From Asterias rubens (lineage: Eukaryota): DNA of 64,000 nt. A program made the position numbers and the translations under genes. The notes under the pieces are model-generated. The model worked only from the letters and a program-made list of their open reading frames with translations. It made no database searches and was not told the origin of the DNA. Positions 35,201 through 47,200 of the stretch are shown in pieces. The stretch lies in assembly GCF_902459465.1 (NCBI RefSeq), contig NC_047080.1, positions 11,222,001 through 11,286,000 on the forward strand, in the 5' to 3' direction. Numbering within the stretch: the stretch's first letter is position 1; each line of letters opens with the position of its first letter.

Positions 35201-38200
35201 CTGTGAAATTTCTCGCTGAATTTAGTGTTGCAGTTTTAGAAATATAGTTCATGTTGTGTTGGGGATTGTGTGCCTGTTTGTCGACATTCTTTTTTTCAAT
35301 TACGTGACAATCGAAATAAAAAAGCAATGGGGATTCGGGATGTCTTCCAATGCTATTTTCTTAACTCTGACAGAATTTCCGATTCACAGACCTTTCTCCC
35401 TGTCTGATTGTCACTGTGGTATATGTACAGGGAACCATTTTCATCCAGCAATTTTGCATAGAAAGAAATTAAGACTGGACTTTTTTTTTGTGCACACTGT
35501 ATGCTGATATTGAGTAGAAAATCCTGTTTCTATAGTAGCGATTGAAATAGTCTGTGTATCATTTTGCTCTGCTGTACAAGGGGAATCGTTCACTGTTGTG
35601 TAAGTTTTGATGTTTGTAATTTGTGAGGGTTTTTTCGTATTGAAGCTGAGGTGATCAATGTTCACTCCCGGCAATTACCAAACAGTGCACTTTGTCATTA
35701 GAGCGTCTGTTTTGTCTAATCTAATCTAATGATCATTTACGCTGAAAAGGTTGGTGACCTCACCTTAAGCACCAGTAATGAACGGTCATCCGGGCCCATT
35801 TATTAAAGCCAGTAAGAAGGGCCCAAATTCATAGAGCTAGTAAACATGTTTAAGCAGAAAAACGAGTATACTCAGACGAAATGAGCAGGATAACAGTAAA
35901 AAATTGAACATGTGACATGACTGCTTGGCTGGTAAGCTTATTCTGGTAAGCATAGTTTTGTTGTGCTGAGCCCTTTTTGTGCTTAAGTAGTTCTATGAAT
36001 GTTGGTCCCTGTTGTTTCCTATGGACTAGCATGTTACATACTAGCAGGCCTGTACGCTTTGTTTTTTGGAAGGGCAAGAGCACCAAGGCATTTTCTCCTT
36101 GGTGAAGGGCACCCTGTGGGGAAATTTCTTAATTTCTACTGGAGCATTTCAAGGGCACCAAGGCAATGACCAGGGGGCATGCAGGCAATCGACTTCGTTG
36201 TTGCCTTGGTAATGTATCAGACCTGTACTAGGCATTCTTTGCTTACACAGTTGTGCAGAAATTTGGCGCTTGTACAGTAAGCGGAGAATGGTGATCGTTA
36301 GCATAGAATTCGGCAGTAAGCAGAGCCAAGAAACTTGGCCCTGATCTGCTTCAAAACCCACATAATATTTTACTTTTGAAATACCTTTCAAGTTTTTATC
36401 AACTCCAGAAAAAGGAAAAAAATCTTTTGCCCAAAGCGCCCAACTCAAAGGCTACATGCTCCTTTAACGTTTGTAATCAAGTTTGGTTATATGGCTGTGT
36501 TACACCATGTAATTCTTATGAAGATAATTTAAGTGGTGAATCTTCGGGCAATTACTGCTACCACTCCTGGTTATAAATAAAACTTAAATTTAACAATTTA
36601 ACATATTTATTTAAAAGCTTCCCGAATTCCTTCATTTGATTTTCCACTTCAAGAAAATTCAAAGCCCATCCTAATGGGCGGGCTATGCTTCGAAGGATTT
36701 GACAAGAACTCTTAACAGGATTGCGTCTCTTTGTAACAAATAAAAGCTACAATTTTCTGTTCAACTGCTAACAAGTCATCCGTCGACTTTTTTATCATCG
36801 CTAAAATTTCCTCTCATAAACCTCGCTGTATAATAACATCTTTAATGCTTTTTACTTTTGGCGTCTTGGACATTTCCTCCTTTTGACGAAATATCGAACA
36901 CAACGAGCCGCTTCCCACAATTGGAGATGACATTTAATTCACCAAATGGACCGAAGCGCCTTTTGCCTCCCAATTGCTCCCTAACGCCTTCCAGCGCAGC
37001 TCTAAAATATCCGTCTTGCTTACCGAAGAAGAAGTGAAGGGGGGGGGGTTGGAGAGAGAACAGAAGAAAAAAAAAAACTTGAGTCTCTTCTTTGACGGTT
37101 TAACCGCTGGACTCTCTCTTTCTCTCTCTTGCGATATCAAAGTCAATATCTGTAATTGAGTGTTGCTTAGATGCGACATAAAACCAGCGCGATTGTTCCA
37201 GACTTTCCCCGCTGATCCCAAAAGGGACAAGGCAAGGGAGGGAAGAGGAAGAAGAAGGGAAAAAAAAAAAATGAAATTACAAACTCATCAATTTGCCAGT
37301 GACCGCTTTGAACCTTGGGGCTTACAATGGACGCCCTGGCAGTGACAATCACTCACTGTGTGCTCGTGGCAGCATGGGCGGCTAATCATGCCAACATTTA
37401 GTTCCCATTAGGTCCCCCTAACCGCCAGCTTTAGCATGGATCAATCCTCTTATTTCTCCCCCCAATTTTCCAAATTGGATAGCGTTTATTTGCGCAAACA
37501 GAGAACGGGTATTTTTTTTTTTTTATCTCCTCTCCAGGTTTAAGGGGGTTTTGCCTGTGTTACATACGACACACAAGTAATTATGAGCAATTTGCGTTAC
37601 GACCAACGAAAAAATCCTGTCTTGTCTTTGAAAGGGTACAAGTTGATGGGTGCGACTGGTGGCGGGGAGTTTTTTTGAAATATTATACAGCCTGAAAAAA
37701 AAAAAAAAGTAAAATCAAGCTTTGATTTTCAACACCAAGCTAGAAAATCAGTGAAGATGATGTGTACTCTGACTTGACTTGCCCGCAGGGCACTTGACTG
37801 GTAATACCCCTGTCTTGTGACAGTTTTCTTTCGTTTCTTGTATTATTGCGTTCCTGGTTTGCCGTTAGGCATAGAGGAAATTCTCCCCTGCATTCATGTC
37901 GATGAGGTGATCAGTTATCCGCTTTAGTGCCTACCCAATCAGCGTGATGGGGCAATCGGACAACTCACAAACAACACACAAACCCCAAAAAAAGCTTTCT
38001 CACTGTCCGAGGCAATCTAAGCATCTCAAATGAGCTATTGTGTTGACGAGACTAAGCATGCATCGGAGTAAAGAGAGAAAAGAGTAGAAAAGGCTAATGT
38101 GTGTTCCTCATCAAACGGTTGCGTGAATTGTATGTATGTGTGCAATGAGATCGATTGATGCATATGTCGTAATTTGTGTAAACCTATAATTGTAATGGGT

Positions 38201-41200
38201 TCCTGTTTGTTCATGTTGCCAGCGAAGTGTACAAATTTTTCGTCACTTTGCTAATGAGTATTTTTCTGACCTCCTTTGATTGGATTTAAAAAAAAAAAAT
38301 TATTTGTACAATTTTTTGTGCTGGGCTTATGTTTGTAGCATTATTTCATTAGTGTCGCTTTTACAGTTTTGTGTTTTAAGTTTTTATCTTTCACGAAGGT
38401 TATGAGTCCTTTTTTATGTTGGTATAAATTTTAAAAAGGACTACCGGGTAATTCTCCTAAGCAAAAATTGAGTGGGGCACCAGTCACAACAATGAGTAGT
38501 TTAACTTTGCTAAGTTATTTACATCTCTAATTTAAGAAACTTAAAAAACCTGGGTTTTTTTTAATCCTAAGAATAGTACAGCCATCCTAATTCTCTTGGT
38601 TTCAATAAACACACCACACAACCAACCTGTGAAGATTTTCATACTTCATGGAGGCAACGAGGGCAGTTGCCTCCGTGAAATTTCCTCATAGGGTGCCCTT
38701 TACCACAGAGAAAATGCCTTGGTGCCCTTGCCCTTTCAAAAACGAAGCATACAGGCCTGATAAGACTTGATCTATTTTTTTCAGAATGTTTTTCTTTTGA
38801 GTCAGTGACGGTGAATGTTTCTTATATTGACTTCGCAATTGCAACTATGTATTTGGAAGCACTTTCCTCCCACAGACTAGACACGAGTTGTTCTCAGGAC
38901 AATCAAAGTTTGTAAAGGTTGTCTCCAGAATAGAAATAAAAACGTCTACATTGACTTCAGTCATTCGCTATGTGATACAAAGTGCAACAACCTCACAATG
39001 ACATGTTACTTCATTGCACACAAAGATTGAGAACTGCTGAAAACAAGAAAGAAGCACCTTTTTTAATTTTAGTTCTGGCGCACACTTCCTTTCTCTTCAA
39101 TATGTCGTGTCGGATGCGAAAATTGCTCGCGCTCCCACGAAGTATCTTGGGAAATTAGTCAAGTTGTGATGCTAAGATGTAAAACTCCTTCGTTCCATTT
39201 TTGTAAATTTGAGGAAAGGGAAGATGGATATAGTTTGACTTTGGAGGTTTTTTCAGTGAGAGATCATCATAACTAGTTCTGTGTGAGTGACGATTCCTTT
39301 TTATTCGATTAGATAAATAAGATGTTTTGACAAACTGTGATTTCCCGTCGGGATCTTGGATAGTTTTAACTTTTTTTTGTGGCGGTTAAACGTCTCTGTG
39401 ACAGTTTTTGTTTGTTAATGGAGTAGCAGGCCTGGAGTTTCCTTTATGAGAGGGCAAGGCCATTTTCATTTTGTAAAGGGCACTTCCATTGGTAACCATC
39501 TTTAAAGGCAGTGGACACTATTGGTAATTACTCAAAATAATTATTACCACAAAACCTTACTTGGTATCGAGTAATGGGGGGAGGTTGATGGTATAACAAA
39601 TTGTGAGAAACGGCTCCCTCTGAAAGGCCATAATTTTCGAGAAAGAAGTTATTTTCCACGAATTTGATTTCGAGACCTCAGATTTAGAATTTGAGGTCTC
39701 GAAATCAACCTACAACTCTGTGTGACAAGGGTGTTTTTTCTTTCATTATTATCTCGCAACTTCGACGACCAATTGAGCTCAAATTTTCACAGGTTTGTTA
39801 GTTAGTTTATGCACATGTTGAGATACACCAAATGAGAAGACTGGTCTTTGACAATTACCAATAGTGTCCACTCTCTTAAAGCCAATGGTGCCTTTGAGAG
39901 GGCACCAAGGCCAAGACCAGGGGCAACGTGGGCCATGGTCTCTATGTTAGCTGTCTTGAGGGTGCCTGTCAGAAGCCATACAACCGTTAGCTACCGTGTA
40001 GCCAGGGATCACACCCAGGCTCTGATACAATCTTGAAAGTGGCTGCTGCTTATAAAGTAATAAATTATTTCTGTGATTTAGTCGTGTGATTCATTGTTCA
40101 CTCCGGTGAAGTCGCGTATGCGTAAATTTTCATCCTTTTAGTGTTTAAATTCATTATCAAAACCGCGCTTAAAGCGTGTTTAGACGCACATCTGTGACTG
40201 ACATTTGTCGGAGTCAGCGATTACGATTAATTCTTTCTCATCGTCCTCAAGCGCTGCGTTTTTCTTGGATGACAAAACATATCTCACGATTCTTATCAAG
40301 TATAGAAACATTGACAGACATTTTATCAGACGTATATTTAGCCGTTCATTATTGATAACTTGCGCACTTAACCACGGGGATCGAAGGACATAAAATCAAA
40401 TCAATTGTAGTCCTGCTACTTGAATCCTTCAATTATGCATTGATGGTGATAATATTTTCACTTTGTGAGGTTCTTTTTTTATTTCTTGGATGATGGAAGC
40501 CAGGCTTCTCACAGACCCATCTGTATTTTTTTGGAGGTATTATTAATTCTTTTAAGTCCACGTCTTAATAACAATGGCATTAATAAATACGTTTATAAAG
40601 CGCAAAAAACATATCCAACCTAGGGGTGCTCAAGACGCTTAAAAGAAGAGATGTTGTTAAAAATTGTGTGTCAAAAGGTGTGATTCCAGTTGGGTATTAA
40701 AATTATGGACCATATGTCCTCAATGAGATGGGGGGGGATTTGCCTCACAAGCGAGGAGCTGCGGAAGCACATGCTCAATCACCACGTGATTATTTGATTT
40801 TGTGAACTAGAGAACTGTCTTAGTGGTCTAAAGAGAATTTGATTCAAACCTTGTTCATGGCGTAGTTCTTTGTAGTCGTCTGTTTCTTAGGTAAGTAGGA
40901 ATCCAAGTAGGCTAGGCGTAAACGCTGTTCCAGAAAAAACATGAGATTATTTTGTGGGATGTCCTTCTAAGCACATTATCAAATTTCTTTTAACATTTTT
41001 GCTAGGTAGACTTGGTGTATGAGTTTTAGGAAAGAAGTCAAGTAAACATAGGTGTTGGTTATCATCAGTTTAGAAGTTGCCCTGTCTGTAATCCGTTATA
41101 AATCTGTCTGTAATTTTGACCAAGCTAAAAATGATATGGACAACTTTTACCTGCCCTGCTTTTTTTCTTTTGAAAGTTTTTCGGTGGAGCTCACACTCTG

Positions 41201-44200
41201 CGCTTGTTCCAGTGTCTTCATTATCCAATTTGTTCGGTAATGGTAACATTAGTGGTAACGCAACACCAGCCAAAAACGTCCAGTCTTATCAGTATCCGTT
41301 GTTTGCCTTGTGGCGAATTTTTAGTCGAATTGCTGTTCCGCTAACAGGCGGCGGGCAGCGATACCCCAACTAGAGAGTTGTTGATGGAGTATCAATGCCC
41401 ATCGCTTAAGGCCACTTGCTCTTTCGAGTGGTCGAGTCCACGCCACACAAAACACCAGCGCGTCCCCGGACACTCATCGCGAGATGCGTTTGCCGGATCG
41501 TGTTACGGAAGATCCTCTTTGTGTCATTCTGTAAATGTGGCATCGTTGGAAAAGTACAAAAAAGAAAAAAAAAATCACAAGAAAAGAGACGTAGATTTCT
41601 TGCACCACTTACATGACGGATTTCCCCCCTCTATTGTTGGTGTGAGAACTCGCTTGGGTATAGTCCCACACAGCAGCAACAATACAAGAGGGATGAAAAA
41701 AATGAAATAAGAAAAATGAGGCACAGACATTCATGTCTGTGATTTGATCGGAAAGTGAAGGGGCCCCCAGGCCCTTTTAATCCCAATCTTCATGCTGATT
41801 TTTCTGCTGGTCTCAAAAGCATTTTTTTTTTTTTTTGTGGCTTGCATGTGTGTGTGTCGAACAAAACAAAAAAAACTAGAGAGTGTCCGTGTGGTCTAGG
41901 GGATCAAGAAATGTAAAATTGTCTTGTTGGCGTCGTTTCTGACAATTGGGCTCTTACTGAAATTAGTGCAGACTTAGTATAGAAAGCTCCTTAGCTAAAT
42001 TGGACATGTACCGGTGGTGCGATGGTGTGGGGGGGGGGGGAGATGGGCCAGATAATGCTTTTATTGATCCCCCTGGCATATGGTGTACAAATCTGACGGT
42101 TAGATGTAGAGACGGTAATTGTAATTGCGCTGTGTTTTTTAGTTACCTTTGCTTAAGTACAGAACCCCCCCCCTCTCTCTATCTATCAAAAAATGAGAAC
42201 TAGGAGTCAAAACAGCTTTCTGACTTCATGGTGAGATGAACAGGTGGTCCTACATGAAGGTTTGAGCATTATTTACCTGTGCATTTGGTTTTATAAAAAT
42301 ACAGTCGACAATCATGGTTAAAGGCTCTTGACACTATTGGTAATTACTCAAGGCACTTGGTTTACAGGCAATGGAGAGCTGTTGATAATATAAAACATTG
42401 TGAGAAATGGCTCCCTCTGAAGTAACGTAGTTTTTGAGAAAGAGGTAACTTCTCCTTCAAGTCATAAAAGACTTAAGGGACAGCCCTATACACTGACACC
42501 CCAATGTTTCAACGATCCGTTTCAGGCGTGGATCCAGGATTTATTTTACTCGCACACACAGGATTATTGTGTTTAATATGGGGCTCCAAGAAACCTAACA
42601 GGTGGGGTCCAGGGGCCGTTCGTATGGCCGATCGAAAGTCTGAGCTTTTTGGTGTTTTGGAGACAAAAATAAAGCCTCAGTGTTCATATTAGAAGAATGG
42701 TATCACTTTTATCCATATTTCTGTAACGTCAGCGGACCCAAAGAAAATTTAAATCCCACAAACCACTTGAGCCTGGATTTTTTTCAATGATGTTTCTGCC
42801 TCTTGTAGTACAAACATTAGCGGCAAGAGTTGTTGTTTTAAGAACCGCCATTTCCTGCATATAAGATGTGCCGATTGGCTCAGTATGAGGCCCGCCCACC
42901 AATGAGGATAAAAAGCTACGGCCATTTCCCCATCTATTTTGAAATAATACATGTATTTTTCTTTAAAAAAATGTTTTTCCCTCCTTTTTTTTTTTTTTTG
43001 AGAAAACTTTTCACTAAAACGTATTTTACTCAGTCATCTCAAAGAGTTTTGTCACAAGATCTGGAAGGCTGTGTTTTTGTTTAATAATCAAGTTATTTTA
43101 ATTAGAATTCTTCAAACATCTCCAATTAATAGAAGAATTTCCTCTCCTTCAACTTCATTTTTAATTTACTGATTGCAAGTTTGGCTCGAAATTTGAGATA
43201 AGAATGGGCGAAGAAAAGCAAGAAAAAAAACCTAGACAAACAAAAGTTGAATTTCCAATCGACATATTACGGAACAGTTGCATTTATTAATCAACCCAAG
43301 GTTTTGTATTTAGAGGAAGAAGAAAAAGAAATGATGAAAAGAAGTCGCCTTTATTAAAAAAAAAATCATAAAAAATTCCCGGTTTGGTTGGGGAGCTTGT
43401 CCGTATTAAAAGCCTTCTCCATAAATATTGACGCGGATCGCTGAGACTTTTATAACTCCAAGGGCATGGCCAACTCATTGGCTAATTTGGTTAGAACGCT
43501 TTTGTAACGAATGAATTCAAGTTTTCTTAGCAGCGGTCTGGTTGAAGCCATGAAAAGGAAAAAGAAGAAAAGATTGAGAAAGACTCCTTTCAAATCAAAT
43601 TCCACATCTATCTTCAACGGGGGGGGGGGGGGGGGGGGGGGGGGAATAAATAAAATAAAAAAAGCCAATCTCTTCAAATTCTTTTGGGGGTTTGATCTTG
43701 ATCTTCAAGTTCGGCGTTTCTTTGAAAGATGATGTTCCTTTGTTACAGGCAAGATCATGATGCTTATTCCTCCATTTACTCCGGAAAAGATTGCGTTACT
43801 GGAGTTCTCCGCGGTCAGTCCTATATACATTATGGTTTCCGTTTGCTTTTGCCCTGTCGTTTGTTTTGTTGATTGCACAATAGAGGGCGGCTTTTGGGAA
43901 GAAAAATGGCCGACAATTGACAAGAAATTTTCATTGCGTGACAGCACCGGAAGTAAAGTGTTTCGGTTGTTTGGATTTTGTATTCTCCCAAGCGGCGAAG
44001 GGTAAGAAAAAATCCTTGGCGCGATTAAGTGATAAATCCCCAACAATGACATTGTTTCCCGCGTGCCGCTTACAATGGCTTAGCGTCATTTACCGTAGAC
44101 CCCCGTAATCGTCTTTGATGCGTAAGTCTAGTGATGTTGTGCCATGACTGTGATCATGTTTGCTTTACGCTGTTTACTTTCCCGCCACTTTGGTGTCCAT

Positions 44201-47200
44201 CACACACAAAGCTACCGCTTCTTCTTTATTATCTCTACTTCTTTTTTTTTTATCATCCTGTCGACTGCGCAAGGAGGGTTCCCTCGGGAGTCAGCCACTG
44301 TTAAGTGAACTCATCGGTATAGAATAGCGCTTCCTTGTGCCATGCTATGATGCGACGGATTCCAATGCGTTCTAATGGAGGCATGGGCTGTCTAATGGAA
44401 AATAAGTCTCGACAGCTAAACCTTATAGACTCGCTATTCCCCTGGTGCCCATTACTAATGCCTGTGTGTTTGTGTTATTCCGCTGCCTGGTATGTACCCA
44501 ACCTCTCCTTTCTCTTTCTCTCCCGAACTGTGTGTGTCTTTTTTTAAGTCGTTCCATCTCGCTTCGGAGCTCTTTTGCAAATTCAAAGCTGTAATCCCAT
44601 TCAAAAGGGAATCCCGTCGGGAAATGCTAAGGAATTGAAAGAGGAACAAATAATAATCATTTCAATGCTGATGTTATGTTTGTGTTTTGCGTTCTGACAC
44701 AAGGTAATAAATGGACCAGTTGTGAAATTTGTTTTTTTGTGTATCTTTGTTATTAGTTATTATTATATTTTTTTTCTCCCTTCTTCTTCTGGAGCGTTAG
44801 CTTTGCATGTCCTTGATGTGTCCGTGATAAGAGATTGCCTTTCTGATTGGAAAAGCCAATTATGCATTGCTTTTCATACAAACAAAATAAATAAATACTA
44901 AATACAACAATAACTCATTTGTCCTGCTTGCTACTGATATACTGGATTTGTGATTTAAATTTCTCAAATATATGCCATTCATGTATAGATTCCCCTACAG
45001 TATTTCGCAATCACCAAGCCACTTTTAAAAGTCAAAGCCTAATTAGATTGCACCATCGTTATTGTGAGTGAAGAAAAAGAAGTCTTATTTGTCAAGGATC
45101 AAGTTTTGGGTAGCCGCCCATTTGTGATGATTAATCGCTAGTGCAGTGTATTTGGCTAACAAGCCACTAGTGTAGTGTCTTTGGCTAACAAGCTACTAGT
45201 GTAGTGTCTTTGGCTCATTAGCCACTAGCGTAGTGTTTTTGGCTCATAAGCCAGTAGTGTTGTGTCTTTGGCTCATAAGCCACCAGTGTTGTGTCTTTGG
45301 CTAACAAGCCACCAGTGTTGTGTCTTTAGCTCATAAGCCACTAGTGTAGTGTACTTAGCTCATAAGCCAGTAGTGTAGTGTCTTTGACTCATAAACCACT
45401 AGTGTAGTGCTATACTTCGTAAGGCGCTAGTTTCTTTGACTCATAAGCCACTAGTGTAGTGTCTTTGGCTAGCGACACTAGTGGCTTACATGCTACCTCT
45501 GGATCCTCCAATATCCTCCAATATTCAAGGTAACTCATCACCCAACAAAGTTTGTGTCTACAAGTCATTTTTTTTGTTAGATAAGAATTTGGAGTCAGAG
45601 GCAAATGAGTGTCTATTTTATCCTTTACTGTAGACAAAATTCAACTGACAAGGATGTTTGCGTTATATAAAACAAATATTGAGAACATTTGTTGTTTCAC
45701 TCGTTGAAATCTGGCTTTTCTATTTCATTTGGATTCCCCTAGTACATGTACATGTACTAAAATGGAATAGTCCGGTATGAGTAACAATGCACTCACACTC
45801 ATCCAATGTTTGTATATAAATACTCTCCTCGCGCTTGTTTGAAAGCTAATATAATAATCATAATGTACACGTAGACATATAATGCAATGTCTTGCACATA
45901 GTGACACTCCGCGCGCAGACAAAAAACACCCTTTAAATAAACTGACATCTGAGAAGACGTCAAATATAAAGAAACAAAAGACGAGACATCTTATTGAAGG
46001 AAATAAGTTTTGACTTCCTTCTTGGGAGGGTGGGTTGTTATGTTCAGGACCCTATCCACCAAAATTAGAAAAACCAGGGGTCGATTTCACAAAGAGTTGG
46101 GACTAGTCCTAACTTTCATGTAGGACTAGTCCAAGGAGGTATACAAATTGGACAGTCCTAAGTTAGGACGAGTAACAGGTTCTAACTCAAGATAAGACTA
46201 GTCCTAACTCTTTGTGGAATCCACCCCAGGAGTAGGTTTTTAGAGGACTCGATTGTGCTGGTAGGATAACAGGTTTTGAATATTTTCTTTACACTAATTA
46301 ATTCTACTAAGTAGACCTTTTTGTTAATTGGTTGTACATAGACAAATTGACTTGAGCATGATTTGAACCAACAACATTTTGGATTAACGTGCCGGTGCTC
46401 TACCAACTGAGCTATCGTGTCGTATAAACCTACGGCACCCACAGCAATTACTGAGGTGCTCTGCTTTTGCTTGGGGTGCGTGCCCTTTGCAAAGTTCCAA
46501 GAAACAAATTTTAAATTTTGGTTACTAGAGGCAAATTGCTGTGCCCCTTGTGGTTACAGATACATTCCTTGAACTTCGCTCTTGAAGGGGTGCAGCAATT
46601 TTTCCCTTGCAGAGGGCACTACAGTAAAAGTACAGGGCACCACAGCGAAAGTACAGGGCACCACAGCGAAAGCATATGGCACCACAGCGAAAGTACAGGG
46701 CACCACAGCGAAAGTACAGGGCACCACAGCAAAAGCACAGGGCACCACAGCGAAAGTACAGGGCACCACAGCGAAAGTACAGGGCACTACAGTAAAAGTA
46801 CAGGGCACTACAGTAAAAGTACAGGGCACTACAGCGAAAGTACAGGGCACCACAGCGAAAGCAAAGGGCACCACAGCACAAGCAAAGGCCACTCTGGCAA
46901 TCGATTATTTCGAGGCTTATGGTTTAGTACTTGATATTTGAAATTCCAATCATGCGCACACCCTTCAAGTACAGCAGATAAATTTAGCAAGTCTGCTGCC
47001 ACCTTGTGTCCCTCCGGAACTCTCCCTATAATGATAAAAACAGTATTGTAAACAGAGTCTATCTTGAAGACTATCAAGACTGCTGAGGTGGAACGTGTAC
47101 ACGAACAGGTCCCCCGACCAAGGTAGTATTCTTCACCAGGTTCCCTCGATCGAGGTAGTATTCCTCACAACGAGCCCCAGGAGAAGTCCAAGCACTTGTG

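Noticed and set aside
37515-37585. Strong acceptor-like tract (T-run..ctccag) as a hidden DDX31 exon
   Set aside because: The following sequence has no DDX31-like coding content or good phase-compatible donor, and exons 15 and 16 already join in frame.
45139-45490. CRISPR-like array (29-bp palindromic repeats)
   Set aside because: Units are contiguous with no unique spacers, the context is eukaryotic and there are no cas genes.
5300-46415. tRNA genes at the A/B-box motifs (5300-5380, 12490-12572, 19998-20075, 46340-46415)
   Set aside because: No complete cloverleaf; each continues into a SINE body.
46518-46941. Four overlapping 112-138 aa ORFs
   Set aside because: Products of a 21-bp tandem repeat; no splice context or homology.
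28123-47165. Partial matches to miRNA 5' ends (miR-7 at 28123, miR-182 at 34537, miR-31 at 43748, let-7 at 47155)
   Set aside because: Only 9-11 nt match, the remainder diverges and no precursor hairpin is evident.
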